From contig JBGSIV010000178.1 in NCBI GenBank assembly GCA_041742355.1, forward strand, positions 1 to 20,721: a DNA stretch of 20,721 bases. The letters run 5' to 3'. A program made the translations under genes and the position numbers. The notes beneath the pieces are model-generated. The model was not told the DNA's origin. It searched no databases and saw only the letters and a list, made by a program, of their open reading frames with translations. Origin of the DNA: Candidatus Zixiibacteriota bacterium (GTDB taxonomy: Bacteria > Zixibacteria > MSB-5A5 > GN15 > FEB-12). This document shows, in pieces, positions 1 through 8,254 of the stretch (positions within the stretch are counted from its first letter, which is position 1; each line of letters starts with the position of its first letter).

Positions 1-1691
1 GGATACGCGCGCGCGGTCAGGCCGGTCACGACGAGATCGGCCTGATCGGATCGGTCGGGCAGAATGGCCGCGGCGATTCCGCCCGGAACGCGGCTGAGAT
101 GAACGGTCATGCCGGTTGGTTGCTGGGAGGTGGCGAGCGAACGGGCCAAGCCGAGGTTAACGGCAAGCAGACAGGCGATCACGGCCACGCGCCGCAGGCG
201 AATCGAGGTGAGCGCCCAGCCACAGAGAATCAGGCAGGCATACGCGACGATAACGGCGGGCAGGGAGACACCTGCGGTTTCAATCATGGGTGCATGCGAT
301 CCGGAGAAGGAGTCAAGGCAGTAAAGCACGAGATCCATGAGGTATCCGAGGAGTGTCCCAGCTACGAGTGCCAGGGGGGGCCAGATGAACTCGAGCACGA
401 GCACCACCAGTGCGCTGAGAACCGCCACCGACACGAGCGGGACAATGGCCAGGTTGGCCAGTGTCGAGAGGAGCGGAAGGCGCTGAAAATACAGAGCGAT
501 GAGGGGTGCGGAGAAAATTTGTGCGGTCAGAGAGGCGGTGATCGCAAGCGTGCACCAGCGCCGGATCGAACCGTGATGCTTGCGGTCCAGCACATGAAAT
601 ACGGCCGGGGTCATGAAGACGAGTCCCCAGGCGGTCGCAAAGGAGAGTTGAAAGCCGACGCTGAAGAGCTGGGTGGGGTCGACGAAGAGGATTACGGCGG
701 CGGTGAGGGCGATGATGTTGTTCAGATTGATGCGTCGGCCGGCGAGGCGGGCAACGAGCACGAGCGCGGCCATCACCGAAGCGCGGACAACGGACGGTTC
801 TCCGCGACAGAGGAGTGCGAACAGAATGAGCGCACCCAGAAGAAGGATCGTGCGCCAGAGCCGTCGCGTCCGGAAGGGGCGCAGGAGCACCATGACGAAG
901 CCGATGACCAGCGCGACATTGGATCCCGAGACGGCGAGGAGATGGAGTGTGCCGGAATCGCGGAAGTTGCGGTAGACCGAGCGCGGGATGGTGCGGGTCT
1001 CACCGATGAGGAAGCCGCCGGCCAGCGCAGCGGCATCGGGCGGAAGATTGCGATTGAGGGCGCCGGTGATCTCGGTGCGGATGGTATCGACGATGGCCAC
1101 AAGTCCGATCGGGGGACGGGCGCACCGTCGGATGTCGTGGCGGGTGGGGGCGTAGGCCAAGGCGTGGATGCCCTGCAGCTGCAAGTGGCGGGCGTAGTCG
1201 AACGAACCGCCGCCGTCGGAGACCGGATAAAGGCGTGCGTAGAATTCCAGCCGGTCACCGAATTGGACGGAAGCAGCGGTGTCGGCGATTTTGAGCAGGA
1301 GTCGTCCGGTCACCGGAACGAGCGTACCGACACCGAGCGAATCAACCCGCAGGATGATGTCGAGTCGGTCGGTGCGGGCTTCGGGCCAGTCATCGACCTG
1401 GCCGATGATGCGGTAGCGGGTTTCGGTATCGGCGAAGCGGCCGAGGTCGCGGTGCGCGAGGTCGTACACGTTACGGGCGTAGGTTGAGGCGGCGAGGCCG
1501 GCAAGGGCGAGGCCGAGCGAAAGGGTGGCGGCGGATGGGCAGCGAACGAGCAGGAATATTCCTGAAGCGAGAAGGGCGGTCATTGCGGCTACGAGGAGGG
1601 TCCATGAGGGAAAGCGCACCAGTTCGGCGGCGATAATTCCACCGGCAATGAATATGAGCGAGAAGACCCCCGGATACGTTCGCGCTGTCAT
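1..1691 (-). CDS. comEC: ComEC/Rec2 DNA-uptake competence channel protein (3' end beyond the window)
   Basis: Manual translation of the minus strand from the ATG at 1691, which overlaps the murJ stop (ATGA): MTARTYPGVFSLIFIAGGIIAAE... The same frame carries the hallmark motifs RDSGTLHLLAVSGSNVA (~915-975), EPSVVRASVMAA (~765-800) and GFQLSFAT (~635-660), plus many hydrophobic segments. It appears open to base 1, which explains its absence from the ORF track. Confidence 0.93.
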   Translation of the reverse strand, partial: MTARTYPGVFSLIFIAGGIIAAELVRFPSWTLLVAAMTALLASGIFLLVRCPSAATLSLGLALAGLAASTYARNVYDLAHRDLGRFADTETRYRIIGQVDDWPEARTDRLDIILRVDSLGVGTLVPVTGRLLLKIADTAASVQFGDRLEFYARLYPVSDGGGSFDYARHLQLQGIHALAYAPTRHDIRRCARPPIGLVAIVDTIRTEITGALNRNLPPDAAALAGGFLIGETRTIPRSVYRNFRDSGTLHLLAVSGSNVALVIGFVMVLLRPFRTRRLWRTILLLGALILFALLCRGEPSVVRASVMAALVLVARLAGRRINLNNIIALTAAVILFVDPTQLFSVGFQLSFATAWGLVFMTPAVFHVLDRKHHGSIRRWCTLAITASLTAQIFSAPLIALYFQRLPLLSTLANLAIVPLVSVAVLSALVVLVLEFIWPPLALVAGTLLGYLMDLVLYCLDSFSGSHAPMIETAGVSLPAVIVAYACLILCGWALTSIRLRRVAVIACLLAVNLGLARSLATSQQPTGMTVHLSRVPGGIAAAILPDRSDQADLVVTGLTARAY

Positions 1692-3271
1692 TTTCCCGTC
1701 TGCCGTTTTCGCAGTAGCCTGCTTTTGAGCAAGCTAATCTCGCGAATACGGAAGGCAAAGGAAAAAACGATATACAGGATCAATCCGATCACGGATGGCA
1801 GGGCGAGGGCGAGGAGACGTCCGGGGACCGAGTTGTCCAGTGGAACAATCAGACCGTAGGGGAGGAAACGGGCTATTCCCCATGCGGCCAGAGAGGCGAC
1901 CAGTATTCTCAGGGTGGTTGAGGCAAGTCGGGCAAAGGGGACTTCGACCCCTTTCTTTGGGAGCAGGTAGACGAGCAAGGCGCCGTTAAGCAGAGCCGCC
2001 AGCGAGGTTGCGGCGGCCAAGCCGGCGAAATCGAGGAGCTTGATCATCGGCCAGTACAGTAGGAGGTTCACCAGGACCGTGAGGAGCGAGATCTTCATGG
2101 GCGTTCGGGAGTCACTGTAGGCGTAGAAGAACGGCACCACGACACGGACGACGGCAAATCCAATCAGGCCGTACGAGTAGTGCAGAAGCGTGAGGGCGGT
2201 GCGCTCGCTGTCGAGTTCGGAGAAGGCGCCCCACTGGTAGATGAGATCAACGATGGGTTGGCCGAGCAGGGCCAGGAAGACGGCCGAGGGGATCACGACG
2301 TAGGAGTTCAGTCCGAAAGCGCTGAGGAACGTCTCCCCCACTTCCTTATTTTCGTGGCGGGCGACTTGTTCGGCCACGCGCGGGAGAGCGACCGTTCCGA
2401 TAGCGACAGCGAATACGCCGAGCGGGAAGTGCATGAGCCGGTAGGAGTAGTTGAGGTAGGAGATGGTTCCCTCGACGAGGAAGGACGCGATCATGGTGCC
2501 GGTGAGAATATTGATCCGCCCGGCCGAGAGGCCGATGATCATCGGGGTGATGAGCCGGCCGATGCGCCGCAGGCCGGCGTCGAAGATGTTCAGGGAGAAT
2601 CGAAAGCGGTAGCCGATGCGCAGGAGGGCGGGCAGCTGGATCAGTATCTGGCCGAGCCCACCGACGAGGACGCCGATAGCCATAGTGTAGATGGGCTGGT
2701 CGAAGTACTCGTAGAAGCCGTACACGACGAGGATGGTGCCGATGTTGAACATGGCCGGCGAGATGGCCGGAATGCCGAATCGCCCGAACGAGTTGAGCAT
2801 CCCCATGATCAGGGCCGACAGCGAGACCAGGAGCAGGTAGGCCATCATGACCTGGGTCAGGGACACGGTCAGGTCGAATTTGGCGGCATCGTCGGTGAAG
2901 CCGTGGGCGAACAGGTAGATGAGGGCGGGGCTGGCGATAATGCCGAGGAGGACAACGAGGCCGACGACGATCAGGATAGCGGTGATGACAACATTGGCCA
3001 TTTTGAAGGCATCGTCTTTGGAGCTGGTGACGAGGCGTTCCTTAAAAATGGGGACGAAGGCCGACGAGAGCGCCCCCTCGGCGAACAAGTCCCGCAACAG
3101 GTTAGGGATGCGGAAGGCGGTGACGAAGGCGTCGGTGGCCATGCCGGCGCCGAAGAAATAGGCCATAACCTGTTCTCGGATAAGGCCCAGAATCCGGGAT
3201 CCGGCGGTGGCGACGGAGACGGTGGTGGCCGATCCGGCCAGTGAACTTTTCTTTTCTTCAGACGTTGACAA
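1688..3271 (-). CDS. murJ: Lipid II flippase MurJ (MviN)
   Basis: Motifs SRILGLIRE, DAFVTAFRIPNLLRDLFAEGALSSAFVP, LNYSYRLMHFPLG and many TM helices. The ORF-track start at 3334 overlaps the rpsT start, so TTG at 3271 (LSTSEEKK..., preceded by GGAG) is the more plausible start. The start remains uncertain. Confidence 0.95.
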   Translation of the reverse strand: MSTSEEKKSSLAGSATTVSVATAGSRILGLIREQVMAYFFGAGMATDAFVTAFRIPNLLRDLFAEGALSSAFVPIFKERLVTSSKDDAFKMANVVITAILIVVGLVVLLGIIASPALIYLFAHGFTDDAAKFDLTVSLTQVMMAYLLLVSLSALIMGMLNSFGRFGIPAISPAMFNIGTILVVYGFYEYFDQPIYTMAIGVLVGGLGQILIQLPALLRIGYRFRFSLNIFDAGLRRIGRLITPMIIGLSAGRINILTGTMIASFLVEGTISYLNYSYRLMHFPLGVFAVAIGTVALPRVAEQVARHENKEVGETFLSAFGLNSYVVIPSAVFLALLGQPIVDLIYQWGAFSELDSERTALTLLHYSYGLIGFAVVRVVVPFFYAYSDSRTPMKISLLTVLVNLLLYWPMIKLLDFAGLAAATSLAALLNGALLVYLLPKKGVEVPFARLASTTLRILVASLAAWGIARFLPYGLIVPLDNSVPGRLLALALPSVIGLILYIVFSFAFRIREISLLKSRLLRKRQTGK

Positions 3272-3292
3272 AACTCCGTCATAGCCTATATT
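3265..3292 (+). promoter_or_regulatory. sigma70-type promoter for rpsT
   Basis: TTGACA (3265-3270), 16 nt, TATATT (3287-3292), 40 nt upstream of the rpsT ATG. Confidence 0.7.
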
Positions 3293-3332
3293 TAGAGATT
3301 GTTTTTGGAAAAAAAGAGTGAGAAAGGATAGC

Positions 3333-3587
3333 ATGCCGCATCACAAATCGAATTTCAAACGGATGAAGCAGTCGGAGAAGCAGCGGACGCGGAACCGCGC
3401 CTGGCGGTCGCACCTTCGCACGGCCATTCGCGATATGCGCGCCTCGGCCGGCGCTGAGGATATCGCCGATCGTTATCGGAACGTGACGTCGTTGATCGAT
3501 CGCGCCGCTTCCCGGGGCCTGATCCATCGCCGCGCGGCCGGTCGGTACAAATCCCGCCTGGCCAGGGGCATGTCCAAGCCCATCTGA
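3333..3587 (+). CDS. rpsT: 30S ribosomal protein S20
   Basis: MPHHKSNFKRMKQSEKQRTRNRAWRS...IDRAASRGLIHRRAAGRYKSRLA is the S20 pattern. SD AAGGA precedes the ATG at 3333. Divergent from murJ, as in many bacteria. Confidence 0.96.
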   Translation: MPHHKSNFKRMKQSEKQRTRNRAWRSHLRTAIRDMRASAGAEDIADRYRNVTSLIDRAASRGLIHRRAAGRYKSRLARGMSKPI

Positions 3588-3612
3588 TCCATCCGTCAGC
3601 GCTAGAGCAATC

Positions 3613-3649
3613 CGCCCGGCCGACAGTTGTCGCCGGGCGTTTTGTTTGT
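3613..3649 (+). terminator. Intrinsic terminator of rpsT
   Basis: Stem CGCCCGGC(C)GACA / TGTCGCCGGGCG followed by TTTTGTTTGT. Confidence 0.85.
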
Positions 3650-3795
3650 GGCCAGGTACTTTCCATTCGCCGCTCATAGTGGCGCAATCTACGGTGTGCG
3701 CACAACGGCCTTCAACCAATTTTTTGCGCACGGGATCTGCGTGGCAGTGATTTGCCGGAGATTCGGGAATTCAGATGCGGCGGTGGCGGGAGAAT

Positions 3796-4611
3796 TCAGC
3801 GGTTGAGGCGGTAGACGCGGCCGTCGTAGCAGGCGATGCGGCGACGTCGAGCGCGCAGGCCGATCAGCTCGGCGAGAAATGACTGTTTGTCCTCGACCCC
3901 TGACTGGTCGGTAAGCACTTGCACCGGGAAGTCAATGCCAAGGACGCGGCAGGCGGCCTGGATCTGAAAGAGGCCGGGTGGGAAGGGGCGTCCGCTGAGT
4001 ACGGCGCAGCGCAAGTCCTCGAGGTCAAAGTGCGGGAGGATGATTGATCCGGTGAAGTATGGGACGTGCTCGAACAGGTCGGCCTCTTCCCCGCCCTCGG
4101 GAATCAGGAAGTAGGATCCGCTGTCGACGATGGTGCGAAACAGGGCATCGAGCGGTACCGGACAACCGGAGCGGCTGGAGTGGCGGATGTGCGCGTGGAT
4201 GGCGGGGGCGTTCGCGAATTCGAAACTGAGGTGAAGGATATCGGGGGAGTCGACGTGCTTTGCGTCCCCCTGAAGCAGTTCTATTCGGTCGGGGAAACGG
4301 GAGGCGACCCGCATGAGATCGTCGGGGCCGAAGTGGATGAGCCCGACGGGGCCGGTCTGAACGGACAACTGGACCGGCGGGCAGATCTGCACCGGGAGGT
4401 GCTGCACGCCGGCGTCGATCAGCGAGTAGTACAGCCGGACATCGTCGAGCAACAAGTATCCCTCGTCATCGAGAGGCGTTACCAGGAGCGGATCGCGGAG
4501 GATTCCTGAGGGATCGGCGACGATTTCGGTCCGGGCATCGTCGTCCCACTCAAAGGGAAGAACCCGGTCCTGCTCGACGATGTGTATCTGCTGGAGTGCG
4601 CGTAAATCCAT
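3796..4611 (-). CDS. SbnI/SerK-like ParB/sulfiredoxin-fold protein with divergent active-site motif
   Basis: The N-terminus LPFE...ILRDPLLVTPLDDEGYLLLDDVRLYYSL..AGVQHLPVQ and C-terminus DLRCAVLSGRPFPPG...CRVLGIDFPVQVL...CYDGRVY resemble, by eye, S. aureus SbnI (LHE...IRHPILVT...YMVIDGVHRYTSL..LG...VPVQ; GETVPAGVTRF..RCLNLQVPL...CYTEKVY, recalled from memory). Length is similar. Confidence 0.7.
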   Translation of the reverse strand: MDLRALQQIHIVEQDRVLPFEWDDDARTEIVADPSGILRDPLLVTPLDDEGYLLLDDVRLYYSLIDAGVQHLPVQICPPVQLSVQTGPVGLIHFGPDDLMRVASRFPDRIELLQGDAKHVDSPDILHLSFEFANAPAIHAHIRHSSRSGCPVPLDALFRTIVDSGSYFLIPEGGEEADLFEHVPYFTGSIILPHFDLEDLRCAVLSGRPFPPGLFQIQAACRVLGIDFPVQVLTDQSGVEDKQSFLAELIGLRARRRRIACYDGRVYRLNR

Positions 4612-4623
4612 ACCGTGACATGG

Positions 4624-4640
4624 AGCAACTCCTGTGCCGC
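4624..4640 (-). promoter_or_regulatory. sigma54 (RpoN)-type -24/-12 promoter of the SbnI-like gene
   Basis: Minus strand GCGGCACAGGAGTTGCT (GG-N10-GC), 12 nt before the ATG at 4611. Confidence 0.65.
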
Positions 4641-4773
4641 GCCAGCCGCACCTTCCCGCAAGGGGCTGTCATATGGGAGGTTAGGTCGAAATTGCGGGGC
4701 ATGCGGTCGCTATGGGAGCCACGGGCCGCCCGCTGTCGCCCGACACAGATTATGCATGGCAGGTAACACCCGT

Positions 4774-4812
4774 AAAAGCGAAGACCGGCGGAGGGTAACC
4801 GGCCGGTCTTCG
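4774..4812 (-). terminator. Probable intrinsic terminator of the M28 peptidase gene
   Basis: 11-bp inverted repeat CGAAGACCGGC (4779-4789) / GCCGGTCTTCG (4802-4812), followed on the minus strand by CTTTTA; 25 nt after the peptidase stop. Confidence 0.7.
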
Positions 4813-4837
4813 AAAGGTCCAAATAGCAGATCGCAGA

Positions 4838-7576
4838 TTACTCGATACAACCGGGCTGTGGTTCGGCCTGACCCTTGAAGAGGTATCCGACGAGGTAGGT
4901 CACATCGACAACGTTGATTCGGCAGTCGCCGTTGACATCGGCGGCGTTGAGCACCGGCGGCTCTGCTCCTGCCCGGAACAGGTAAGCCACGAGGTAGGTC
5001 AAGTCGCCAACATTGATCTTTCCGTTCTGGTCGACATCGCCGTTAACCGCGATCGTTCCGCCCTCACCGAAGAGTGTCTTGACCTTTTCCATCAGCAGCG
5101 TGGCGGTGGAGTCGGTCAGAAACATGACGGGGAAAGCCAGGAGAATCCGGGCTCCGTTGGGCGTCTGTTTCAGAATACCGACGGTGGTGCCTTCCCGAGA
5201 CGGATCGTCGCTGGCGGCGTCATACGTGTAAATCACGGTGGTTCCGGGACCGGCCTGGAATGACGGAATGTAAGGGAGGTTGCCGAGCAGGTTGGGTAAT
5301 TCGACCTGGAGATCCGGCCAACCGCTCTGACCGTGGGCGCCGAGAAAGTCTTTGGTCGGGTTGTCAGTGAATCCGGCGAGGCCCAGCTCATCGTAGCGGA
5401 AATCGCCGGGAACGAGGCCGCTGCTGCCCCAGAACTGCATGGTCCGCAAGCCAGAGATGAGGATATTTCCGGTGAATCCGGCGTACCAGTCGAGCGTGTC
5501 ACCGGAGTTGACGATGGTCTTCCGGGCGAGATCGTCATCGAACCACAGAAGCGACGAATACTGGCCAGCGGTACTGCGCTTCAACGCGTCGGTTATCTCT
5601 TCCACCTGCACGATGGCGAAAGGCGTGGCGCCGAGTGTCGTGTCCCAGAAGGCCTCCTGGGCGGTCTGAGTCGGAACGCCGGAACCCTGCGTGATCTCGT
5701 CGACAATCAGCATGCCGCCATCGAAGGTCGCCGCCCACATTTCCTGTTCCTGCGAGTAGGGGGATTCGTTGGCGTCGTCGTCAATAGCCGTGATCCGGTA
5801 GGTGTACTTGGTTTGCCCGAGGACATCGGTGTCGGTGAACGCGGTGTCGGTGACGTTGTCGCGGTAGGGGGAGAATCCCATGTCGGAGATGCTGCGGTAG
5901 ATGCGGTAGGAGGCGAGGTCGGCTTCGGGGTTTCGTCGCCAGCTCAACTCGATCGTGCCGAGGCCGGGTTCGGCCCGGAAGACGGTTGGTGCGCGGGGCA
6001 GGATGAGTGGAGTCAGACTGTCTTCCGCGGCATAGATCGGCGGATAGGCGCCGGGGGCTACGCCGACCGCTGAGAAGTAGTAGACCTGGCCCTCCTGGAG
6101 ACCGTTGACGAGGTACGAGCAGCTTCCGAGGGGCGCGGCGGCCGAATCGGTGTAGACGCCGGGCGACGTGCCCCAGCGGACGGTGTAGGAGTAAGTCGGG
6201 TCGCAACTGGCCCAGAAGACTTCGATGGCCGAGCCATCGCCCTGATCGGCGAGCCATTCGATCTCGGTCGGGTGGGAGGCGTTGGCGATAGCCGCGAGCG
6301 AGGCGATACCGGCCTGCACGACTTTCGTCATGTAGGGGAAGTTCATGTAGCTGGTCAGGTCAGTATTGGTGTGCCAGCCCTGGTAATTGAAGGTCCCTTC
6401 AATGCAGTTGATGACCGGGAAACCCTGGTTGATGAAGGACTGGTGGTCGGAACCGCCGGGAGAATTTTCGGGGACCGGGACGAGGTCGGTCAGCCGGGTA
6501 ACGGTTTCGACCATGAAGTCCCGGTAGTTGTTGTTGAACGAGGCGCCGGAGATGGCGAGTTGGCGGGTGTCTGAGGGATCGTAGCCGATCATGTCGTAGT
6601 TGAACATCACCTCGATATCGGTGCCGTTGGCGACAAACTGCGAGGCGGCGTATGCGGAACCGATCAGGCCAACTTCCTCAGCGGTGAACGGGATGAAGAT
6701 AACGGTTTTGCGCAGAGGGATATCGGCCAGTATGCGAGCCATTTCCATGGTCGCGGCGGTGCCGGAGCCGTTGTCATCGGCACCGGGGGCGAAGACCAGG
6801 GAGGACTGCTGGGAGTTATACGTATCATAGTGGCCGCCGACAACGATGACTTTGTCGGGTTCGGCATAGCCGGGTTTGACAACGACGACGTTGTAGTGGG
6901 TGCCGCTGTTCCAGGTGAAGGCCTGCCAGGAGACATCGGTGTAGCCCCAGCTCTGGAACTTGGCAACCATCCAGTCGCGGGCGGCGTCGATGGAGTCGGA
7001 CCAGACATACCGGGTCCGGAAATTCATGAGACGGGTGTCGTATTCGAGGAGCGAGTCGAGGCTGACGAGGTCGATGACGGAGTCGCTGGGAAAGTCCGCG
7101 GCCTGCTGAAGTCCCGCGGCGACGGTCGGCGGCCGGTACAACCAGCGGATCGACAGCTCGGCCAGTGGGGTCACGAGGTAGCCGTTGTCTTCGTTGAGCG
7201 AGGCGGCTCGGGAGGGATCGGTGATCAGCAGGGTCACGTTGTCGCCGAGGTCGGCGGCCTGCCCGAGTGCCTGGAGATTCACCGGTCGACGGGGCGCACG
7301 GCCGTCGGGCATGACGCGGTAGATGCCAGCCGGATCGATGTCGGTCATGAGGGTTTCGAGTTCGAGCCCGGACTGCCGCAGAAGCGCTGCCTGTTCGGGC
7401 GTCAGGCCGGCCAGGAACCGGTTGCCGTCGCGCAGCCAGGCGTGGTCGGCTACCTGGGCCGCGATGCTGGCCTGGAAGGAGTTCTTGACGGTTACCCAGT
7501 GAATGCCTTCGGCCTGAGCCGAAGCGGCGGTGAGGACTAATAGACCGAGCAGGGTTGCCCGTAGCAGCGTCTTCAT
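4838..7576 (-). CDS. Secreted M28-family metallopeptidase with two FN3-like domains and a C-terminal type I dockerin
   Basis: Signal peptide (…TAASAQA). M28 zinc motifs GGHYD, GADDNGSG, AEEVGLIGS, YDMIG, SDH and WHT. FN3 motifs (YTVRWGTSPGVY, YTYRITAID). Dockerin repeats GDVDQNGKINVGDLTYLVAYLF and ADVNGDCRINVVDVTYLVGYLF. SD GGAGG. Confidence 0.9.
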   Translation of the reverse strand: MKTLLRATLLGLLVLTAASAQAEGIHWVTVKNSFQASIAAQVADHAWLRDGNRFLAGLTPEQAALLRQSGLELETLMTDIDPAGIYRVMPDGRAPRRPVNLQALGQAADLGDNVTLLITDPSRAASLNEDNGYLVTPLAELSIRWLYRPPTVAAGLQQAADFPSDSVIDLVSLDSLLEYDTRLMNFRTRYVWSDSIDAARDWMVAKFQSWGYTDVSWQAFTWNSGTHYNVVVVKPGYAEPDKVIVVGGHYDTYNSQQSSLVFAPGADDNGSGTAATMEMARILADIPLRKTVIFIPFTAEEVGLIGSAYAASQFVANGTDIEVMFNYDMIGYDPSDTRQLAISGASFNNNYRDFMVETVTRLTDLVPVPENSPGGSDHQSFINQGFPVINCIEGTFNYQGWHTNTDLTSYMNFPYMTKVVQAGIASLAAIANASHPTEIEWLADQGDGSAIEVFWASCDPTYSYTVRWGTSPGVYTDSAAAPLGSCSYLVNGLQEGQVYYFSAVGVAPGAYPPIYAAEDSLTPLILPRAPTVFRAEPGLGTIELSWRRNPEADLASYRIYRSISDMGFSPYRDNVTDTAFTDTDVLGQTKYTYRITAIDDDANESPYSQEQEMWAATFDGGMLIVDEITQGSGVPTQTAQEAFWDTTLGATPFAIVQVEEITDALKRSTAGQYSSLLWFDDDLARKTIVNSGDTLDWYAGFTGNILISGLRTMQFWGSSGLVPGDFRYDELGLAGFTDNPTKDFLGAHGQSGWPDLQVELPNLLGNLPYIPSFQAGPGTTVIYTYDAASDDPSREGTTVGILKQTPNGARILLAFPVMFLTDSTATLLMEKVKTLFGEGGTIAVNGDVDQNGKINVGDLTYLVAYLFRAGAEPPVLNAADVNGDCRINVVDVTYLVGYLFKGQAEPQPGCIE

Positions 7577-7684
7577 CTCATGAACCTCCGGACGAGTGGG
7601 TACAACGTATCTTCAATGACGAGAGACGTGCGTGGAGCGCGGATGTTTAACGGCGCACCGCGCGGAACGAAACGTCATAGAGGT

Positions 7685-7712
7685 AAGGTACGCAGCGGCA
7701 GGGATTTGTCAA
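7685..7712 (-). promoter_or_regulatory. sigma70-type promoter for the M28 peptidase gene
   Basis: Minus strand TTGACA (7712-7707), 16 nt, TACCTT (7690-7685). Confidence 0.55.
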
Positions 7713-7732
7713 TCGGAGAGAAAAATTCGATT

Positions 7733-8242
7733 TTAGAGGTCCACGCCTTTGCGGAAGGGGCGGATGGCGGGGCGACGCTCGGAGGCGCCGTCGGGGGTGA
7801 GTGTGAATTTCGCTCCCTGGGGCACCGAGGGGAGGTCGGCGGTCGACAGCACGGCGCGATTGTCCAGTTGGGGAACATAGCCGACCGCGAGGGTAAACTC
7901 GCGGCTGTAGTCATTCAGGAGGCGGCGACGTTCTTCGTCTTTGACCAGGTGGGGGCTTTTCCCGGTGAACGCGAACACGAACTCGGGGTTGGACGAAAGC
8001 ACCTGAACGGCTTTGATTTTCTCTTTCGCCAGGCGGGTTTTGATGAAGCGAAGCAGCGCGAAGTAGGCGCCGAATTCGAGGTCAACGGAGGCACCTGAAG
8101 CGCGGCATCGGAAGAGGATGCCGTAGTCGGGGATAGCAAAAGATACGACGCCGGGGGCGAAGCCGCGTTCGGACAGGTAAGAGTCGGCCGCTTCCCGGTT
8201 GGAGGTCGTGATGTAGCACTTGAGGAATTTTGGTTCGGCCAT
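7733..8242 (-). CDS. Hypothetical protein with degenerate RNase HI-like fold
   Basis: LEFGAYFALL, VQVLSSNPEFVFAFTG and VGYVPQLDNRA match in order and spacing the RNase HI motifs AEYxALIxGL, V.V.SDSxLVVxQxxG and ..HVPRExNxxAD, but the Asp residues are replaced. Confidence 0.6.
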   Translation of the reverse strand: MAEPKFLKCYITTSNREAADSYLSERGFAPGVVSFAIPDYGILFRCRASGASVDLEFGAYFALLRFIKTRLAKEKIKAVQVLSSNPEFVFAFTGKSPHLVKDEERRRLLNDYSREFTLAVGYVPQLDNRAVLSTADLPSVPQGAKFTLTPDGASERRPAIRPFRKGVDL

Positions 8243-8254
8243 GGTATCGTAGGC

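Noticed and set aside
99..1487. 462-aa plus-strand ORF
   Set aside because: Antisense shadow of comEC. The E/D/G/H-rich composition is what hydrophobic codons give on the opposite strand, and the minus frame has clear ComEC motifs.
2180..3244. 354-aa plus-strand ORF (likewise 5333-6073, 6830-7540, 12860-13555, 14134-14907, 16692-17960)
   Set aside because: Shadow ORFs opposite well-supported genes in GC-rich DNA, with no motifs.
3696..3731. GTGCGCA ... TGCGCAC repeat between rpsT and the SbnI-like gene
   Set aside because: Short, GC-rich and with a long loop, so it is not distinguishable from chance.
4550..4633. AGGAG followed by an out-of-frame ATG at 4621 (23-aa peptide MSRYGF...)
   Set aside because: The AGGAG is the variable spacer inside the -24/-12 motif and would lie upstream of the predicted TSS. 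The peptide overlaps a better-supported CDS.
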